DNA of 64,000 nucleotides. It comes from Actinomycetota bacterium. GTDB lineage: Bacteria; Actinomycetota; UBA4738; HRBIN12. The notes below the pieces were generated by a model. That model was not told the origin of the DNA. It made no database searches and saw only the letters and a list, made by a program, of their open reading frames with translations. Location of the stretch: the NCBI GenBank assembly GCA_046330185.1, contig JAXLTF010000013.1:16568-80567 (forward strand), given 5' to 3'. Numbering within the stretch: position 1 is the stretch's first letter; each line of letters begins with the position of its first letter. The position numbers and the translations under genes were made by a program. Positions 59,136 to 64,000 of this stretch are shown here, piece by piece.

Positions 59136-59707
59136 CGGCGCCCGCGCGATCCCATCGCGCTCGGGTGCGAACGCATGAGCTCGCGCACGGCGAGCGTCGT
59201 GCGAAGGTTGCGGATCGTCATCTCGCCGTAGGCCGGGTGCTCGGTCAGCTTGCCCATGGCGCTTCGCGTGATCTCGGCGATCGGCGCCGACCAGTAGAGC
59301 GCGTGCCGCCCCCAGGCGAGCGCGTCGACCTCGGGCTTGGTGGACAGGGACGGTCCGATCTCGCGGCCGTCCACCCCGTCGGTCAGGAAGATCACGTAAT
59401 GCCGGGTCGCTTCGTCCTCCGCGTCCCAGCCCGCGGGTATGCGACGGACGACACCCTCGACCTCCGGCATCGTCCGGACCACGAGCCGGAGTTCGTGGCC
59501 GAACGTGGCCTCGAGCCGCCGCTCGAGCGAGGACACGGTGCGTGCTCCCTTGGTCCGCGTCGAGCCCACGATCACGTTGCCGCTGGCGATGTAGGTGACC
59601 GGGTCGCCGTAGCCCATCTCGGCGAACGCCTCACGGAGCGCACCCATCCGCACGGGTCGCTTCCCGCCGACGTTGATCCCGCGCAACAGCACGAGCCAGG
59701 TCTGCAC
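59132..59707 (-). CDS. DUF1697-family protein
   Basis: 'MQTWLVLLRGINVGGKRPVRMGALREAFAEMGYGDPVTYIASGNVI' is the characteristic DUF1697 N-terminus. Confidence 0.75.
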   Translation of the reverse strand: MQTWLVLLRGINVGGKRPVRMGALREAFAEMGYGDPVTYIASGNVIVGSTRTKGARTVSSLERRLEATFGHELRLVVRTMPEVEGVVRRIPAGWDAEDEATRHYVIFLTDGVDGREIGPSLSTKPEVDALAWGRHALYWSAPIAEITRSAMGKLTEHPAYGEMTIRNLRTTLAVRELMRSHPSAMGSRGRR

Positions 59708-59745
59708 TCAACGGATGCTAGCCGCGGCACGACCCGGACCGGTCG

Positions 59746-60438
59746 CTACCTGCGGGGGTCATCGGGGAGCCGGGACGGCCCGACGTGCCCGTGCAACCAC
59801 TCGTTGAGGGGTTCGGACGCGCGGAAGAACACCTCGATCCTGTCCTTGGCCCGGTGCGTGCCGAGCCACGCCCCGGTCGACCACGCCTTCCACGCGGCGA
59901 GTCCTCTGTACCGAAGCAGCGCGATACGTGGGTGATCCCTCGGGTAACCGCGAGGCGTGGTCTTCAGCATGCCTCGGCCCGTCGTCTCGAACCCCAGCCG
60001 GCGGACCTCCTCGACGATGCGCTCGAGAGAGACGCCGGCCCTGGGGGAGTCGACGGCTCCTCGGTACCTCTCGAGCTGGTCGGGGGCCATCTCCCACATC
60101 CCCGATCCGGCCGCCATGCCCTCGGCCCCGAGTTGGATGTAGCCATCGCCGATCACGGCTCCGATGTGCGTCTTGTACGGGGACCTGTCGACGCTGAACC
60201 GGACGTCGCGGTAGGGGCGGAAGATCCTCCACTCGCCCCAATTGGGCTCGAGCTCGGTGAGCAACGCTTCCATCGGCTCCCGCACGAGCGTGTCGTACTC
60301 GTGCCTGTGCCGCTGCCAGTACGCCTTCGTGTTCTCGGCCTCGAGGCCGTCGTAGAACTCGAGGGCCTCAGCGGGCCATCCTCGGAACCTCCTCATCTCA
60401 CCTCCATCCGCTGCCGCCGGAACGATACGCGAACGCAT
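59746..60438 (-). CDS. DUF2461 (TIGR02453)-family protein
   Basis: 'FRGWPAEALEFYDGLEAENTKAYWQRHRHEYDTLVREPMEALL' and 'RIFRPYRDVRFSVDRSPYKTHIGA' are typical of the family. Confidence 0.75.
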   Translation of the reverse strand: MRSRIVPAAADGGEMRRFRGWPAEALEFYDGLEAENTKAYWQRHRHEYDTLVREPMEALLTELEPNWGEWRIFRPYRDVRFSVDRSPYKTHIGAVIGDGYIQLGAEGMAAGSGMWEMAPDQLERYRGAVDSPRAGVSLERIVEEVRRLGFETTGRGMLKTTPRGYPRDHPRIALLRYRGLAAWKAWSTGAWLGTHRAKDRIEVFFRASEPLNEWLHGHVGPSRLPDDPRR

Positions 60439-60464
60439 CCACGGGCCTAGGGCCGAACGGCCTC

Positions 60465-62522
60465 TTGACCCCGATGAGCCACCCGTGGGAGCGTTCCGTG
60501 GTGGGCCGACCCCCGAGACTCCACCGTCCCCTGGCGCTCGCCGTGGCTTGCTGCGCGCTCGTCATCGCGTCCGTCGCATGGGCGCCGGGGGTCGTGGCCG
60601 TCGACCAGCCGGTGGGTGACGCATCTCCGACGGTGGAAACCACTCCCGTCGGGCACTCGGGCGATGCGGCCGACGATCCCGCCATCTGGCGCGATCCGGT
60701 GGATCCATCCCGTTCGATCGTGATGGGGAACGACAAGAAGGGAGCGCTCGAGGTCTATGACCTGTCGGGAGCCAGGATCCAACGGCTCACAGGTGGCTTC
60801 TACGGCAACGTCGATACGCGATCCGGATTCGCGACGGGGACCGGCACGATCGACATCGCCGTCGCCTATCGGCTCGGCATCCGCGTGTACCGGATCGATC
60901 CCTCGACCCGTCAGCTGGTGAACGTCACCGATGCCTCGTCGGGCAGCATCGCGTCACCGATCGGCGGTGAGGGCCTCTGCCTGTATCGCAGTCCTTCCAG
61001 CGGCCAGCTGTACGTCTTCGTCAACGCGCGCAACGGGATGGTCGCGCAACTGGCGCTCGCCGACGCGGATGGCGACGGTCTCGTCGAGGGCACGACGGTG
61101 CGTCAGTGGGACGTCGGTTCCGAGGTCGAGGGATGCGTAGCCGACGACGAGCTCGGGAACCTCTACATCAGTGAGGAGAACGTCGCGATCTGGAGGTACG
61201 GGGCGGAGCCGACCGCACCCACCGGAACCGGATCACGGGTGGCGGTAGACCGTACGATCGGTGCTGGAGGTCACATCCGTCCGGACGCCGAGGGTCTCAC
61301 GATCGTCTATCAGCCCGGCGGGACCGGCTACCTGATCGCCTCGTCGCAGGCCGCCTCCGACACGTTGAACTCCTATCTCGTCTACGAGCGGCAAGGCGAC
61401 AACGCGTTCATTAGGTCGTTCCGCATCGAGAACGCCACCGGGGTCGCGGACGGGTGCGGACGCACCGACGGCATCGATGCGCTCGCCGCCGACCTCGGGC
61501 CCTCCTTCCCGAACGGCATCTTCATCTGCCAGGACAACGACAACACGACGCCGGGCTCGAGCGGGAACCAGAACTTCAAGCTCGTGCCCCTGGAGCGGGT
61601 CGTGGGCCTTTCGAACGAGCCGCCGCCGAACCAGGATCCGACGGCCGCGATCGACGTGGGGTGCTCGGGTCTCACCTGCTTCGCCGACGGAACGGGCTCG
61701 ACGGATGCCGACGGTCAGATCACGCGCTACGACTGGGACTTCGGCGACGGCGCCACGGCATCCGGCGCCACGGTGGAGCACACCTTCGGGAGTCCCGGTT
61801 CCTACACGATCACGCTCACCGTGACCGACGATGACGACGCGACCGACCAGGCTGCCCAGGCGGTGACCGTCAGCGAAGCCGGGGCGTCGATCGGCTTCGT
61901 GGGCGCGTCGACCTCGAACGTGAATGCGCAGACGCACAGCGTGACGATGCCGCCGGGCGTGCAGGCGGGAGACGGGCTGCTCCTGCTCTTCGCGACGAAC
62001 ACCGACGCCACGATCGCCGAACCGTCGGGGGTGACCGACTGGCTGCCGCTGGACACGCTGTCGATGTCGGGGGCGGTGACCCGGGTCTGGCGCAAGGTCG
62101 CGGCTCCGGGCGACGCCGGCGAAACCGTCGAGATCGGCCTCTCCCGAAGGTCGAAGGGGAACCTCGTCCTGCTCGCGTATCGTGGAACTTCGGGTGTGGA
62201 TCCGGTCGCGACGTTCGCATCCGACATCGATGCGGCCGGGCTCTCGGCACACACGACCCCGATGGTGACCGTGTCGATCCCGGACGCCTGGGTGGTGTCG
62301 TACTGGACGCACAAGGACTCCTCGGGTTCGCTGCTCACCGCGCCCGGGGGCGTCGCCGTCAGGGCGAACGGGACCCAGACGGGCAGCGGCACCGTCAAGG
62401 GACTGGTTGCCGACAGCGGGGGATCCGTTCCCGCGGGCCCTTACGGGGGACTGACCTCCACCGCCGGAGCCGCCGCATCGAACGCCACCATCTGGACGAT
62501 CGTCCTGGCGGCGGCGGGCTGA
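60465..62522 (+). CDS. secreted beta-propeller phytase (BPP) with a PKD domain and an uncharacterised C-terminal domain
   Basis: There is a signal peptide. 'GDAADDPAIWRDPVDPSRSIVMGNDKKGALEVYDLSG', 'GEGLCLY', 'VEGCVADDELGNLYISEE' and 'AEGLTIVY' match the BPP fold. 'ADGTGSTDADGQITRYDWDFGDGATASGATVEHTFGSPGSYTITLTVTDD' is a PKD domain. Confidence 0.8.
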   Translation: MTPMSHPWERSVVGRPPRLHRPLALAVACCALVIASVAWAPGVVAVDQPVGDASPTVETTPVGHSGDAADDPAIWRDPVDPSRSIVMGNDKKGALEVYDLSGARIQRLTGGFYGNVDTRSGFATGTGTIDIAVAYRLGIRVYRIDPSTRQLVNVTDASSGSIASPIGGEGLCLYRSPSSGQLYVFVNARNGMVAQLALADADGDGLVEGTTVRQWDVGSEVEGCVADDELGNLYISEENVAIWRYGAEPTAPTGTGSRVAVDRTIGAGGHIRPDAEGLTIVYQPGGTGYLIASSQAASDTLNSYLVYERQGDNAFIRSFRIENATGVADGCGRTDGIDALAADLGPSFPNGIFICQDNDNTTPGSSGNQNFKLVPLERVVGLSNEPPPNQDPTAAIDVGCSGLTCFADGTGSTDADGQITRYDWDFGDGATASGATVEHTFGSPGSYTITLTVTDDDDATDQAAQAVTVSEAGASIGFVGASTSNVNAQTHSVTMPPGVQAGDGLLLLFATNTDATIAEPSGVTDWLPLDTLSMSGAVTRVWRKVAAPGDAGETVEIGLSRRSKGNLVLLAYRGTSGVDPVATFASDIDAAGLSAHTTPMVTVSIPDAWVVSYWTHKDSSGSLLTAPGGVAVRANGTQTGSGTVKGLVADSGGSVPAGPYGGLTSTAGAAASNATIWTIVLAAAG

Positions 62523-62652
62523 GCAGTTCGCTCGGCGATCGCTGCCGGGGCGGCGCGTCCGGCTACGTTGCGCTGTCCGAAACGGCCGGCGCGACAGCGG
62601 CGGCCCGCTCAGGCATCATGCGTCCCTGAGCCCGCGAGGAGGGACCCACCCG

Positions 62653-64000
62653 ATGACCGCACCGCCCACTGAAGCGAACGTCGTCGTGATCGGCGCCGGG
62701 ATCGTCGGCAACAGCATGGCCTACCAGCTGGCGCTGCACGGCTGGAGGGACATCGTCCTGTTGGACAAGGGCCCGCTCCCGAACCCGGGCGGCTCGACGG
62801 GCCACGCGTCGAACTTCATCTTCCTGGTCGACCACTCGAAGGAGATGACCGACTTCACGCTCGACAGCGTGCGGCAGTACGAGGAGCTCGGCGTCTTCAC
62901 GCGGAGCGGCGGCATCGAGGTGGCGCGCACGGCGGAGCGGATCGAGGAGCTGAGGCGGCGGATGGCCTCCAGCCACGCCTGGGGGATCGAATCGGAGCTG
63001 ATCACCCCGGCGCGGGTGCGTGAGCTCGTCCCCTACGTCGAGGACTCGGTGATCCTGGGCGGCTTCCACACGCCGGGCGTCGGCGTCGTCGACTCGCTCC
63101 GCGCCGGCACCCTGATGCGCGAGAAGGCCGCCGAGCTGGGCGCGCTCACGGCGATCGCCGGCACCGAGATCACCGGGATCGACGTCGAGGACGGCCGCGT
63201 CCGCGGCGTCCGCACGCTCGCCGGTGACATCCGGGCCGAGACCGTCGTGATCGCGTGCGGCGTGTGGAGCCCGCGGATCGCGCGGATTGCGGGGGCGAGG
63301 ATCCCGCTCACGCCGGCGGTCCATCAGATGATCAGCGTCGGACCGGTGCCGCTGTTCGAGGACACGGTCGGCGAGATCAGCTACCCGATCGTCCGCGACA
63401 TGGACACGAACATGTACGAGCGCCAGCATGGCGGCGACCTGGAGGTCGGCTCGTACGCGCACCGGACGATCGTCGTGGAGCCCGACGACATCCCCTCGAT
63501 CGAGGAGTCGGCGCTGTCCCCCACGGAGCTGCCGTTCACGCAGGACGACTTCGACCTCCAGATGGAACAGGGCCTGGAGCTCGTCCCGGACATCCTGGGC
63601 GACGAGCGCGTCGGGATCCGTCACGCGATCAACGGGCTCCTGTCGCTGACGCCCGACGGCATGCCGATCCTCGGCGAGACGCCCGAGGTGCGCGGCCTCT
63701 GGTCCGCCGCCGCGATCTGGATCAAGGAGGCGCCGGGGATCGCGCGCTGCGTCGCGGAGTGGATGACTGACGGGACCCCCGAGATCGATCCCCACGCGTC
63801 CGACATCGCGCGCTTCCACGCGCATCAGACGACGCGGACACACGTCGTGGCCAGGGCCGGCGAGGGATTCAACAAGACCTACGGCATCGTCCACCCGATG
63901 GAGCAGTGGTCCTCGAACCGGGACGTCCGGCTCGCGCCGTTCAACCACCGCGAGCGCGAGCTGGGCGCCGAGTTCTTCGAGGCGGTCGGATGGGAGCGCC
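62653..64000 (+). CDS. FAD-dependent dimethylglycine/sarcosine dehydrogenase-oxidase family protein (3' end outside the window)
   Basis: This ORF is not in the supplied track because it has no stop in the window. It starts at ATG 62653 after a GAGGAGGGA ribosome-binding site. 'VVVIGAGIVGNSMAYQLA' is the dinucleotide-binding motif, followed by 'GGSTGHASNFIF' (a covalent-FAD His context) and 'VIACGVWSP'. The sequence ends as a GcvT-like domain would begin. Confidence 0.75.
   Translation, partial: MTAPPTEANVVVIGAGIVGNSMAYQLALHGWRDIVLLDKGPLPNPGGSTGHASNFIFLVDHSKEMTDFTLDSVRQYEELGVFTRSGGIEVARTAERIEELRRRMASSHAWGIESELITPARVRELVPYVEDSVILGGFHTPGVGVVDSLRAGTLMREKAAELGALTAIAGTEITGIDVEDGRVRGVRTLAGDIRAETVVIACGVWSPRIARIAGARIPLTPAVHQMISVGPVPLFEDTVGEISYPIVRDMDTNMYERQHGGDLEVGSYAHRTIVVEPDDIPSIEESALSPTELPFTQDDFDLQMEQGLELVPDILGDERVGIRHAINGLLSLTPDGMPILGETPEVRGLWSAAAIWIKEAPGIARCVAEWMTDGTPEIDPHASDIARFHAHQTTRTHVVARAGEGFNKTYGIVHPMEQWSSNRDVRLAPFNHRERELGAEFFEAVGWER

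Noticed and set aside
62523-62652. A possible glycine riboswitch upstream of the dimethylglycine/sarcosine-dehydrogenase-like gene was considered, because 'CTCAGGCA' is present.
   Set aside because: Only that octamer resembles the consensus. The GGAGAG and ACCGAAGGGGCAA-type elements and a tandem-aptamer arrangement are not visible. A covariance-model search would be needed before making any claim.

Overview
This is a very GC-rich, densely coding chromosomal segment. Its gene content looks Actinomycetota-like: galU-moeA-moaC next to a Ruc/FmdB-type zinc-ribbon gene, a DUF222-HNH gene, an MptB-like GT-C mannosyltransferase and uppP. I can support about 60 protein genes and one tmRNA. I saw no rRNA, tRNA, CRISPR array, transposase or integrase. 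Most of the long Arg/Pro/Gly-rich ORFs in the six-frame track are alternate-frame artefacts of the GC content.

Layout:
- 0-2.3 kb: cyclase fragment, membrane-anchored NirK with a fused C-terminal cupredoxin, and tmRNA.
- 3.6-7.1 kb: GT4-GH130 fusion plus an unknown gene.
- 7.3-12.6 kb: decayed HNH gene, moaC/moeA, galU, zinc-ribbon gene and MTAP.
- 12.9-26.1 kb: envelope and housekeeping genes (CpaB-like, uppP, pmbA/tldD, GT-C proteins, acyltransferase, 5'-3' exonuclease, ABC ATPase, secreted EEP protein).
- 26.2-40.4 kb: a GntR/FadR-associated catabolic island of unknown substrate.
- 40.4-43.9 kb: EamA transporter, GH25 lysozyme, secreted unknown protein.
- 43.9-53.1 kb: about 9 kb in which nearly every gene is frameshifted.
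- 53.4-60.4 kb: a minus-strand gene string containing a NasA-type molybdoenzyme coupled to a NarI-like cytochrome b, a 4x[4Fe-4S] protein and a Tat-anchored Rieske protein.
- 60.5-64 kb: beta-propeller phytase and a partial dimethylglycine/sarcosine-dehydrogenase-like gene.

Best candidates for something undescribed:
1. The 14-kb island at 26.2-40.4 kb. A related palindromic motif (GTGAGCAGG / GCAGGTTATC) sits in four promoter regions of the island.
2. The NasA-type enzyme with respiratory-style partners.
3. The GT4-GH130 fusion cassette.

Caveat: single-base indels, several of them at G/C homopolymers, interrupt many otherwise clear genes. 'Pseudogene' calls here may therefore be sequencing or assembly errors rather than biology.
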